Source of the DNA: a virus
Direction: 5' to 3' (one strand)
IMG/VR virus record: IMGVR_UViG_3300005281_000069
Span: 3,985-67,984 of that record
DNA: 64,000 nt
The notes below the pieces were generated by a model. That model did not search any database. It saw only the letters and a list, made by a program, of their open reading frames with translations, and was not told the DNA's origin. Of this stretch, positions 54,245 to 63,905 are shown in pieces. The first letter of the stretch is position 1; each line of letters opens with the position of its first letter. The translations under genes and the position numbers were made by a program.

Positions 54245-54412
54245 TGGAATACATTTCTTTCTCAACATTTTATCCAAAAATATATTCAAGAACAAGGTCA
54301 TTAGGGCTTACATCCCCTAGGCTAAAGCCATAGGGGTTTTACGCCCAAATTATAAAAAAGTAATAATTTGATAAAATGCGATTAATTTTTCTTTCTTCAT
54401 TTTCTCCACCCT

Positions 54413-55735
54413 TTATACTTCTTTTATTTCTCCAGTAGTCCATTTATTATACATATCTATTCTTTGTTTTCTAGATTGAATTACTTTAGTTTCATTACCA
54501 ATATTTTTTGGAGCATAATAAACAACATCTTTAAGTTTATCAGGTAAATATTGTTGATTAGGAGTCCAGCCTCCTGGCAATAAATGAGGATAAATATATC
54601 CTTCTCCATTTCCTAAATTCTTACTATTTAATTCACTACTATCTCTTAAATGTAATGGTATTTCACCGATATCTTTAGTTTTTACATCTTTAATAGCTAA
54701 TTTTATAGCATCGTGTACTGAATTACTTTTTGATGATTCACAAATATAAATAATAGCTTCAGCCATAGGAATCATTCCTTCGGTAATACCACAAAATTCT
54801 AAAGCTGTAGCCGCAGAACTAGCCACTACTAACGCCATTGGATTTGCCATTCCTACATCCTCTGCTGCATGTATTAATATTCTTCTCATAATAGCCTTTG
54901 GATCTTCTCCAGCTTCTAACATTCTAGCAAAATAATGTAACGCAGCGTTGGAATCGCTTCCTCTCATTGATTTTATAAACGCAGACATAGTATCATAATG
55001 ATTACTAGCTCCTTTATCATAATTTATTTTTCTAACTTGAGTAGCTTCTTCAATTTTTTTAAGATCTATGTAGATTTTTTTATTGTTAGATTTATCTGAT
55101 GTTATTACTGCTAATTCCAAAGAATTATAGGCTGATCTCAAATCTCCTCCAACAGATTCTGCTAAATGATTTAATGCTTCATCTTGTATTTCAACATTAA
55201 ATTCTTTCAAACCTTTTTCTAAATTTAATGCTAATCTAATAGCTTCCTTTATATCATCGGAAGTTAATTTTTCAAATTTAAAAATAATTGATCTTGAAAG
55301 TAAAGCTCCATTAACTTCATAATTTGGATTTTCAGTTGTTGCCCCTATTAAAATAATAGTTCCATTTTCAACATAAGGTAATAATGTATCTTGTTGTGAT
55401 TTATTAAATCTATGTATTTCATCTATAAATAATATAGTTTTTTTCTTATAATTATCCCACATATTTTGTGCAGCAACAACAGTATCTTTAATATCTGACG
55501 TTTTTGCTGTTGTAGCATTAAGTTTAATAAATCTAGATTTAGATTGTTTTGAAATAATATAAGCTAGTGATGTTTTTCCAGTTGACGGAGGGCCATAAAG
55601 TATTAAACTTCTTAATACATCTCTTTCAATCGCTAAACGTAATATTTTTCCTTCACCTAATAAATGTTTTTGACCTATAAATTCATCTAAATTTTCTGGT
55701 CTCATTCTATCCGCTAACGGTTCTCTAATATCCAT
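54413..55735 (-). CDS. rarA: Replication-associated recombination protein RarA/MgsA (AAA+)
   Basis: PLADRMRP, GPPSTGKT, DEIHRFNKSQQD, GATTENP, SAFIKSMRGSD and EDVG. Confidence 0.95.
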   Translation of the reverse strand: MDIREPLADRMRPENLDEFIGQKHLLGEGKILRLAIERDVLRSLILYGPPSTGKTSLAYIISKQSKSRFIKLNATTAKTSDIKDTVVAAQNMWDNYKKKTILFIDEIHRFNKSQQDTLLPYVENGTIILIGATTENPNYEVNGALLSRSIIFKFEKLTSDDIKEAIRLALNLEKGLKEFNVEIQDEALNHLAESVGGDLRSAYNSLELAVITSDKSNNKKIYIDLKKIEEATQVRKINYDKGASNHYDTMSAFIKSMRGSDSNAALHYFARMLEAGEDPKAIMRRILIHAAEDVGMANPMALVVASSAATALEFCGITEGMIPMAEAIIYICESSKSNSVHDAIKLAIKDVKTKDIGEIPLHLRDSSELNSKNLGNGEGYIYPHLLPGGWTPNQQYLPDKLKDVVYYAPKNIGNETKVIQSRKQRIDMYNKWTTGEIKEV

Positions 55736-55873
55736 TTATATATCATCCTTCATTATATTTTATTTATATAATAATTATATATTATATTTAACGATTTGTA
55801 AATAAAAAAATAGAATGACGTCTAACATTAAATATGACGTCATTCTATTAAATAAATAATAATCAAATAAATA

Positions 55874-56566
55874 TTATTTATTTTTCAAATTAAATGTTTG
55901 AACTACAGACCTTCCATCTCCTCTAAGAGAAATCTCTTTACATTTCATTTGAGACGAACCACTACCATCAAGAAAAATACCGTCAACTAAAGTTCCTGAA
56001 CCAATTTTTTCTTTAATAGCTTTTCTAAATTCTTCAGCAGTACATGGAGTTTGAGTAACAATTAACCAAATATTGAGTCCTGTATTATATACTAATCCAG
56101 TTCTATAAACTTTACCTGTCATATTTGGCATATTCTCTTTTTGAGCTTGTGCTTTCCAGTGGGTATCATCTTTTAAATTCATACTAATTCCACCTTGAGC
56201 CCAATAATTGTTTCTATCTGAAACGGTTAATTCTCCAGCATTATTAACTACCTGAACTGAATATTTAGATTGTTTTCCATCCCAAACTAAAGTTCCTCTA
56301 GGATATTTTGCATTTTCCCATCCAGAACCGTAACCTCCTCTTTTACCGTTTACAGGAACGTCATCCATAACAGCAATAGAAAGTAAATCTTTGCCATAAA
56401 AAAATCCAGCATTAATTCCATAATCGGTTCCAGAAGTTACATTTTTATTAAGAACATTCAGTTTAATGTTTTTAGGAGAAGTCTTAATATAATGTAGTAC
56501 AACTTTGTTTGTCGCAGTTACTTTTCCATACCAATAATTAGTAGTCATTTTATCATCTCCAAACAT
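55874..56566 (-). CDS. Phosphodiester glycosidase (NAGPA/DUF2233)-like protein
   Basis: GINAGFF, RTGL and FLDGSGSSQM. Confidence 0.65.
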   Translation of the reverse strand: MFGDDKMTTNYWYGKVTATNKVVLHYIKTSPKNIKLNVLNKNVTSGTDYGINAGFFYGKDLLSIAVMDDVPVNGKRGGYGSGWENAKYPRGTLVWDGKQSKYSVQVVNNAGELTVSDRNNYWAQGGISMNLKDDTHWKAQAQKENMPNMTGKVYRTGLVYNTGLNIWLIVTQTPCTAEEFRKAIKEKIGSGTLVDGIFLDGSGSSQMKCKEISLRGDGRSVVQTFNLKNK

Positions 56567-56639
56567 TTAATTTAAGAGAATTTTAATCTCTCTTAAATTA
56601 AATACATTTTAGAGACATATCTATAACAAACCCATCTAC

Positions 56640-57374
56640 TCATCTGCATTTCAAATCATTAAGTACCTCTTGCTTATATTTATTAATATCAAAAATAATT
56701 CCTTTTGTATCATCATAATAATATGTTGCTGTTTCATCTTTCAATTCGTTAGATATATTATCTAAAAATTCTTGAATTCTTTCATAATAACTTTTATCTA
56801 TATAATCACAAGCATCTTCGTGTAAATCTGAAGATGCATCTTCTATAATACTTTGAGCGTCAAAAGTTAAATGAATTTTTGATGTTTGATATATACGTAA
56901 TTCATCAATATCATCTAACTCTTCAAAACTCAAATCATGTAAATATTCTATTAATTCGTCAATATCAACAAAATATCTATCGAAATTATCAACAAAAATC
57001 ATATTGTTATATCCATTTTTATATAATTCTTGATAATGTATTTTTTCCGTCTTATCCCATTTTTCTTTTATTTTTTTATTAATATTTTCAGAATCTTCTA
57101 TTCTTTGTTTTTCACAATTACATTTTACTTGTTTTCCAAGAACTTTCTCACAATATTTACATACATTTTGTATACCATTATTACAGTGAACACAAAAATC
57201 CAGTGTTTGTTTTACAACTTTTCTATTATCTTTTAAATATTCATAATCATTATCTTTTATAGTTAAACCCAAACCATTACATTCTGTACATAAAATTTGA
57301 TTTTCATGTAAATCTTTTCTTAATCTTAAATTAAGATTTACATCAAAAAATTCTGTTCTCATATCAAATATCAC
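56640..57374 (-). CDS. Cys-rich (DnaJ-like CxxCxGxG) hypothetical protein
   Basis: CTECNGLG, CVHC..G, CKYC and CNC. Confidence 0.5.
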   Translation of the reverse strand: MIFDMRTEFFDVNLNLRLRKDLHENQILCTECNGLGLTIKDNDYEYLKDNRKVVKQTLDFCVHCNNGIQNVCKYCEKVLGKQVKCNCEKQRIEDSENINKKIKEKWDKTEKIHYQELYKNGYNNMIFVDNFDRYFVDIDELIEYLHDLSFEELDDIDELRIYQTSKIHLTFDAQSIIEDASSDLHEDACDYIDKSYYERIQEFLDNISNELKDETATYYYDDTKGIIFDINKYKQEVLNDLKCR

Positions 57375-57429
57375 ATCCTTATATGTAAAAGAGAGATAAA
57401 TTATTTTATTTCTCTTAATAATTTATTAA

Positions 57430-58203
57430 TTAAAGAAAAAATGCGTTATTGTTGCTTGGATCAATCATTGTTTGACTTGCTTTTATTATTGATTGACTAA
57501 CCATTTGACATGCTTTTCTAATTTCACTAGGTGTTGAATCAACTGTAAGAACATTTCCTTTTGGAATACCCATATCTTTAGCAACCGATTCAAAATCATA
57601 TTTATTTCCAACACCAACAAATACAATTGAAAATTGTTCTCTCATTACATCTTTAATTAGTTTTACACAATCTCCAGCTTTGTATTTTCTTGAACCTTCA
57701 TCTAAACCATCAGTGATAATAACTACAACGTTTGAAACGGGAGTTCCAGTATCTCTCAATTGTTGTGCATAAGCTACATTGGAAACAATTGCTTCAAATG
57801 TTCTATCATAAAGAGGTGTTCCTCCTCCAGCATTATAATTAGAAGAATCTAATCTCACTGCATCATCAATGGAAGTATAAGAATGAAGAGGATTTTTTTC
57901 GTTAATAAACCATTGAGCAATTCTAATAGAATCTTTTTGTTTTGAATTACTAAAAGCTTCCAACATTTCATTTTGACCTTTTCTAACAGCATCTTCCAAT
58001 CCATGCCATCCAATTGAACCAGAATTATCAAGAACCAATGTTACCAACGTTACATCTGTAGACATAATTTCATCAACATTAGAACCATTAGAACCAAGTA
58101 CAATACTATCGTTAAGATCAACAATATCTAATGTTCCTTGAGAAATAATACCTTCATCCACCGCACTAGTTAACAATTCATTAAGATTAATACTTTGAGA
58201 CAT
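57430..58203 (-). CDS. vWA-domain protein
   Basis: MIDAS motif DNSGS, GGTPLYD and IITDG. Confidence 0.85.
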   Translation of the reverse strand: MSQSINLNELLTSAVDEGIISQGTLDIVDLNDSIVLGSNGSNVDEIMSTDVTLVTLVLDNSGSIGWHGLEDAVRKGQNEMLEAFSNSKQKDSIRIAQWFINEKNPLHSYTSIDDAVRLDSSNYNAGGGTPLYDRTFEAIVSNVAYAQQLRDTGTPVSNVVVIITDGLDEGSRKYKAGDCVKLIKDVMREQFSIVFVGVGNKYDFESVAKDMGIPKGNVLTVDSTPSEIRKACQMVSQSIIKASQTMIDPSNNNAFFL

Positions 58204-58642
58204 ATTAACTCCTCCTATTTATTCAAATAAATTATTTTCAAATTTTTGCCTGCTAATAACTTTATCTCGTGATGATTTAATAAATTTATTTTTTATTTCT
58301 TCGTAACCAACAATAGTTTCTTTAATTTCTTTAACCAAATCATCAATTAATATTTCAAATTTACTATTATATATATTATTAAAATCAAAACCATCGAAGT
58401 TGTTATTTTTATCAAAGTAAATAAAATAGTAATTTCCTTCAAATGAAATCATAACAGAAACATCTTCATTATTAAAAACAACTTGAATATCAGATATTTG
58501 TTCTAAATCCTTTAATAAATAAAGCGTATATCTTAAATCATTAGTAAATTGAGGTTTATTGTCATCATCTAAAATTCTATCTATAGAAATATCTATTTTC
58601 ATATTTTTTCTCCTTAAGAGGAGAGAGATTTTCTCCCTCTTA

Positions 58643-59599
58643 TTAAAATTTGAAATCAGTACTATTAATTACCTTTATGCCTTCTTGTTCAAAACTCTTT
58701 AACGCATTTTCAGTAATACTAACAAAATCAATGACTGGATGAATTACTGGGCTCATACAATCCTTAAATACTACAATTTTATCAATAAGACTTGGATCAA
58801 CTGTTTTAATTTGATTAATTAAATCCTCAATTGTATATTTAACACAATGGGATGCTGCTTCACCCCAAATAATAACAATATCATTATTCATAAGAGCTTT
58901 AAAGAATTTAGTGTTATATTGACCAACATTCAATTCTTTATCTGTATTTTTAAGAAGTTGTTTAACTTCTGGAGCCATAACAGAATAATTTTCAGTAAGA
59001 GCATGTTGACCTTTCGTTTCAAATCTAACGGGAACTTTTCTAACGATAGAATGAAATAGCGATGCTTCAAATAAGGCTGGAACTAATGCGTGGTCAATAG
59101 AACCTAGCATAGTATGGAATGGCCAAATGCAAAGAGAGTATTTACCTTGGCTTTCAAGTTGTTTAACATAATCTTCAACGTAAACTGGATGTACAGAAGG
59201 CATCCATTTTCCATTTTTAATATCATCATAAGTAATAATAGTGTAAGCAGAAGGATGGTTTCCTTCAGAATCTACCCAAAAAGTTGGATGAAACACTTGA
59301 TAAGCGTAATGAGTATCTAAAGAATAATGAAGTTCTGTGATTTTATCAATATTTTCATAGATAAATTGAATTGCTCTGTTAACATCTTTATCTGCTCCTG
59401 GAACATATAAACTCGCTCCTGGTGTACAAAATCCAATTTGAGCATCGATACCAAACATTGCAACTTTTTTTCTGTCGTGACTAGCAGCTTGAATGTTATA
59501 GTTTTTAATAAATTCTGCGGCTTCTGACATGATTTCATCATATCGTGGAGTATAAAGTTTTGTTACATCGTTTTCATTATAAAAACTAGGCTTTTTCAT
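58643..59599 (-). CDS. Isochorismatase/nicotinamidase-superfamily hydrolase
   Basis: IDAQ.GFC.PG.SLYV.GA, DTH, IWP.H, KG and GEAASHCV. Confidence 0.8.
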   Translation of the reverse strand: MKKPSFYNENDVTKLYTPRYDEIMSEAAEFIKNYNIQAASHDRKKVAMFGIDAQIGFCTPGASLYVPGADKDVNRAIQFIYENIDKITELHYSLDTHYAYQVFHPTFWVDSEGNHPSAYTIITYDDIKNGKWMPSVHPVYVEDYVKQLESQGKYSLCIWPFHTMLGSIDHALVPALFEASLFHSIVRKVPVRFETKGQHALTENYSVMAPEVKQLLKNTDKELNVGQYNTKFFKALMNNDIVIIWGEAASHCVKYTIEDLINQIKTVDPSLIDKIVVFKDCMSPVIHPVIDFVSITENALKSFEQEGIKVINSTDFKF

Positions 59600-59616
59600 T
59601 TTAATTTCCCCTTTTA

Positions 59617-60117
59617 TTATAAATTTAATTTACTAACATGAACACAATACTCATCAACCATAATAACAACAACTTTTGAACCTTCTTTAATATAATTCAA
59701 ATCGTAACTTTTAGCAGTGTAATTAACGGTTGATGCTCCCATCTTTATGATTACTTCTCCGTATCCATCTTCAGGAATAGAAGTAATAACTTCAGCAACT
59801 TTACCTTCTAAATCTTTCATACTATAAGCAATAGAAGAATCTGAATTGTTTTTTGTTTTTAAGTAAATAATTGATACCACAGTTGCAATACTTAAAGCTA
59901 TTAATATAGCTATAATTAGTACTGCTATAGTTCCAAGAACACTATATTTTGTTAAGAGATAACCTGAAGCTCCAAATACAGATAATGTTGAAATTAATGT
60001 TAGACCATTAATAAAATCAATGGAATCAAAAATAAAATCAAGAGCATCTCCTAAAACTAAAAATAAAAACAGTAAAATTAAGCTGCCTGTTAAACATAAA
60101 GTGTATAGACCCATCAT
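59617..60117 (-). CDS. NfeD-like (YuaF-type) membrane protein
   Basis: Three TM segments plus an OB-type C-terminus L.G..A.V...IP..G.GEV. Confidence 0.75.
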   Translation of the reverse strand: MMGLYTLCLTGSLILLFLFLVLGDALDFIFDSIDFINGLTLISTLSVFGASGYLLTKYSVLGTIAVLIIAILIALSIATVVSIIYLKTKNNSDSSIAYSMKDLEGKVAEVITSIPEDGYGEVIIKMGASTVNYTAKSYDLNYIKEGSKVVVIMVDEYCVHVSKLNL

Positions 60118-60182
60118 CTTAATCTCTCCTCTCTTTTTCCTTATTAATTTTAATATATCACAATTTGCAAAATTGTAAATAA

Positions 60183-61129
60183 TTATTTTATTCTAATCTG
60201 AAATCTTTTCGTGAAAGTATTTTTAATACACTTGATTAACAATTTGAAATATTGTTTATTTTCTAATAATATCATTTTTTCTAATTCCCAATCTTTCAAT
60301 TCTCTAGAGATTCTATCTACTTCTTTGTCTATTATTTTTGATTTCTTTTTTTGAATTAACTCCATATCTAGTTCTTTAATTTTGTCATTTATTGTTAACT
60401 TTGTCATAATGGATTTTCTTTTTTGTTCAAATTGAATACTTGGTATGATAATTAAATTAAGTTCTTGAACATAGTATTTATCTTTCACACTAAAAGTAAT
60501 ATCTCTAACAACTTTTTTAACTGTAGAAAAACTCTTATGAATAATCTCGCTCCCCAAAATATAATCATAAGCTATAAACATAGCTCTTTCATTTGATTCA
60601 GCTTGTATATTTATATAGAGCTTATTATCATTTGAATACCTATAAATCTCAATATCATATCTTTCAAAATTTCCATAATTTTGAAAGTAAAATTTATCGA
60701 TGACTTTATATTTCATATTGTTCTCCTTTGATTTTACTTGAAAATCTTCCAAAAAAAAACATTATCAATATATTTTAGTACAATAGTAAAGTATTTTCTT
60801 TGAGATTTAAGAATTTTCTTTTCTTCTTCCCACTTTTGACGTTCAGCTTCAATTCTTCTTTGTTCTTCTTTTTTTGCTTCTTCAAATCTCCTTTGTCTTT
60901 CACATCGAGCTTTTTCAATCTTTTTTTGTTCTTCTTCATTACGCCACATTTCTTCTTCATATTGTTTTTTAATTAATTCTTGATGTTCCAAATATTTTTC
61001 TCCTGGAACATAAGAAAGTGTAACTATGTAAACAGTATATCTTTCACAATAGTCAGCAGCTAAATCAGGATAGTGCCATCGTTCTTTTTGTTTTGAAGTT
61101 ACAACTTGAAATGTAACTTCACTGTCCAT
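60183..61129 (-). pseudogene. Hypothetical gene probably frameshifted at a T9 run (60751-60759)
   Basis: Two overlapping ORFs meet at the homopolymer; the second lacks an RBS. Confidence 0.5.
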
Positions 61130-61292
61130 AACATAATTTAATGCTTTTGATAATGCTTCTTTAGCTGAATAACCTTCAAACTAACAAACTTTTTGTTTTT
61201 CACATTTATTACCTCCACAATTGTATAATTAATATTTTTATTATATCATCATTTACATAATATGTAAACAAAAAAAGAGAGCAAAAGCTCTC

Positions 61293-62468
61293 TTAAGATA
61301 AAACTTTCATTATCATACCAATATTAGACCAATCAAGCAATTCTTCATCTAATATTTCTCTAACTGTTTTAACAACTGTATAAGTCATTTCAGTATCTTC
61401 AATAACTCCATTAACTTTTCCTTCTTGATTATAAAACCATTCTAGTTCTTCATCTGTTATTTCTAAGGAAAATAAAGAAGTTTTATTTGCTAATAATGTT
61501 CCATAAAGTTGCCTTTGTTGAACATAATTTATTCTAGACGAATCCACAACAAAACCAACTTCTTCTTTTATTTCATGTTGGATTGTTTCATACATATCTT
61601 CATCTTGATTAAATGAAGAACCTCCAGGTAATTCTAATATATATCCATCTTGAGTAGCAGCAGGAGACCTAAATTCCTTAACTAAAATAATTTTTGAATC
61701 TAAAAGATTTTTTTCTTTTTTATAAATAACTATAGATGCAGTTGAGGTTCTCGAAATGACAAATTCATTATCTTTATATCTATCTTCATCTTTTACATAC
61801 ATTTTTACCTTTAGTACCCAAATAAACATAATTTTCTGCTTTGGCATTATAAAATTCCATAAAACTTTAGCATCTTCTAATTTATTGCCAGCATTTTTTT
61901 GAGCTTGGTACCAATCTTGAAAATACTGAGTTTGCCATACAAATAAAGGTACCTTACACTCTCCGCCATAACGGATTTCACCTTTACCAAATTTCTGTAT
62001 AGCTTCATCAATTAGTGAATCTAAGTCATTAAAAATTTCAACACCATTATCTAAAGCTAAATACTCAAGGTATCTCATTTTTTCTGCTTCTTCTGGAAAA
62101 CCAAAAACAATTTTTCCTGATTCAACCCATTTACCAAACTCAACATTAGTAGTAAAAGCTGGCATATCTTTCAAATCTCTTGGAATCCAAAACAAGATAA
62201 CATCAGCCATATTCATAGCTTCTAATTCCCAATTAATTTGATCAGTGTATTCATGTTCAAATTTACCGTTACTAGGTTCAGGAATCAACAAATGTCCATT
62301 AAAACCTTTGCTTCTAAATATATCTATAGCTTCTTTTCTCCAAGATTCAACATTGTTATTTCTTGGAGTTGGTCCAGCTAAAAATATAGTCTTAACAATT
62401 TTTGTTGGCAATTTTTGATCTGAATAAACTAGTTTTATTTCGTTGTTTGCTTTTTTCAATCTAAACAT
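61293..62468 (-). CDS. Nucleoside 2-deoxyribosyltransferase-like domain fused to Nudix hydrolase
   Basis: IFLAGP..WR..QINWE..AD.ILFW..TTNVEFG; ELPGG.........HEIKEEVG Nudix box. Confidence 0.85.
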   Translation of the reverse strand: MFRLKKANNEIKLVYSDQKLPTKIVKTIFLAGPTPRNNNVESWRKEAIDIFRSKGFNGHLLIPEPSNGKFEHEYTDQINWELEAMNMADVILFWIPRDLKDMPAFTTNVEFGKWVESGKIVFGFPEEAEKMRYLEYLALDNGVEIFNDLDSLIDEAIQKFGKGEIRYGGECKVPLFVWQTQYFQDWYQAQKNAGNKLEDAKVLWNFIMPKQKIMFIWVLKVKMYVKDEDRYKDNEFVISRTSTASIVIYKKEKNLLDSKIILVKEFRSPAATQDGYILELPGGSSFNQDEDMYETIQHEIKEEVGFVVDSSRINYVQQRQLYGTLLANKTSLFSLEITDEELEWFYNQEGKVNGVIEDTEMTYTVVKTVREILDEELLDWSNIGMIMKVLS

Positions 62469-63008
62469 ATATCCTCCTCAAATTTGATTTCTATAATTTA
62501 TAAATCTCCAAACCAAATTAATATCAAAAATAAATTAACTTCTTTTATAAACATATATACTTCTTGTCTATTACAATTTTATTCTCATTCTTAATTAAAA
62601 ATAATTTTATTGTCATTAATTGAACAAACATTATCGGTATCATTATCAACAACATTAATTATTAAATTTATTTTTTCATTTTTTATATTTGATGAAAAAC
62701 CATATGTTCCAGGTTCTACATACGGCAAATTTTTTATTTTATTTAAAAAATAATAATTCCCATATCCTTTTAAAGTATCTAAAACAAACAAATTACAATC
62801 AATATAAAGTTTTACTCTAATAGTGTTATCTTCAATGATACATAATACATTTTTCAAACTATCAAATTCATTAAATTGATCGTAAAAGTATTTTTTAAAA
62901 TTATTAATATCAATATTGTTTAAACTTTCCATATATATCTCCTTAGCTATTATTATTCAAAAAAGATAGATAATATAATTATTATTATTTAATAATAAAA
63001 ATTTAAAC

Positions 63009-63047
63009 AAAAAAGCAATAAAAATTTGGGGAAATTTTTATTGCTTT
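63009..63047 (-). terminator. Intrinsic terminator directly after the 5' intron piece
   Basis: AAAGCAATAAAAATTT-CCCC-AAATTTTTATTGCTTT perfect 16-bp stem followed by a U-tract on the minus strand. Confidence 0.75.
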
Positions 63048-63064
63048 ATAATAGGGATATATTT

Positions 63065-63438
63065 TATTAACTAAAAGCTGTTGAGTCATTTCTGCTCAAC
63101 TCTAGGACTTTCGTCGCCCCTCCTCAATGGGGGTGAGGAGATTACGGGATGTCAATTCATCCCTAGTTCGGACTATATCTTTATTGGTTTAAACCAAATA
63201 GTGAACATATTTATATAAATCACTTTATATAAACGTGGATACCCACTAGTCTCTGAACCTTTCCCTGTTCGGGAAGTGGCTGCGTATTTCAGGGTTAGTC
63301 AGACCCGGTTATCCAATCCAATCAATTTTTATGGTCTATGCCGCATTCACACTTAGGCTTATTTCATCCTTATGTTGTAGCTTGATTGGCTCTAAGGACT
63401 TTCCCGCAATTTACTCACTTAAGGACCAGTTAAATTTT
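63065..63438 (-). ncRNA. 5' piece (catalytic core) of the split group I intron in dnaE
   Basis: P AAUUGCGGGAA (63411-63401), Q AUACGCAG, R GUUCAGAGACUAG (63258-63246), S AAGAUAUAGUCC (63181-63170); P1 AGGGCU/GGUCCU; no dnaE exon follows locally. Confidence 0.93.
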
Positions 63439-63905
63439 AGCCCTAACTCTTCCACAGGTGTTTTTTCTAACTGGGTTAAATAACCAGCTTCAACACCTTC
63501 AATTACTTCTTTACCTAATTGAATCGGTATCAAACTCCAAATTGGGTGTTCTGGAGGAGATACAACCATTCCAGCAGCATGTTGGGACACATGTCGTGGA
63601 GATCCTTCCAATTTACTAGCATATTCAAATAATTCTGGGTATTTATCTACAAAGTATTTACACTCGGGAATATTGTAAATATCTTTAACATGAACTCCGG
63701 CTCCAGGACCAGAAGATATTTTTTTAGTAAATTCATTCACTTCTTCAAAAGCTATGCCTAATACTTTAGCTACGTCTTTAATAACTGCTTTTGTTTGAAG
63801 TCTACCAAAAGTAGCGATATTAGCAACATGTTCTCTTCCAAAACGTTCCATGATATAATTCATTACTCTTCCTCGATTTTTAATACAAAAATCGATATCA
63901 ATATC
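63439..63905 (-). CDS. dnaE: DNA polymerase III alpha, internal exon (DIDIDF...EELGL)
   Basis: Frame extends 14 codons upstream of the ORF-track ATG to DIDIDFC; also I.TFG, LEG.PRH.SQHAAG and TQ. Confidence 0.93.

Larger units (their letters stand above)
52830..54351 (-). mobile_element. IS200/IS605-family element (non-autonomous, tnpB plus RHH gene)
   Basis: Subterminal hairpins CCCCTATGGCTTTAGCCTAGGGG (54336-54314) and CCACTATGGCTTTAGCCTAGTGG (52860-52838); right end ...GTTCAA; TTTAT precedes the left end. Confidence 0.88.

Noticed and set aside
52830..54351. IStron (group I intron-IS chimera)
   Set aside because: No P/Q/R/S core inside the left end, and the element ends in TCAA rather than a terminal G.
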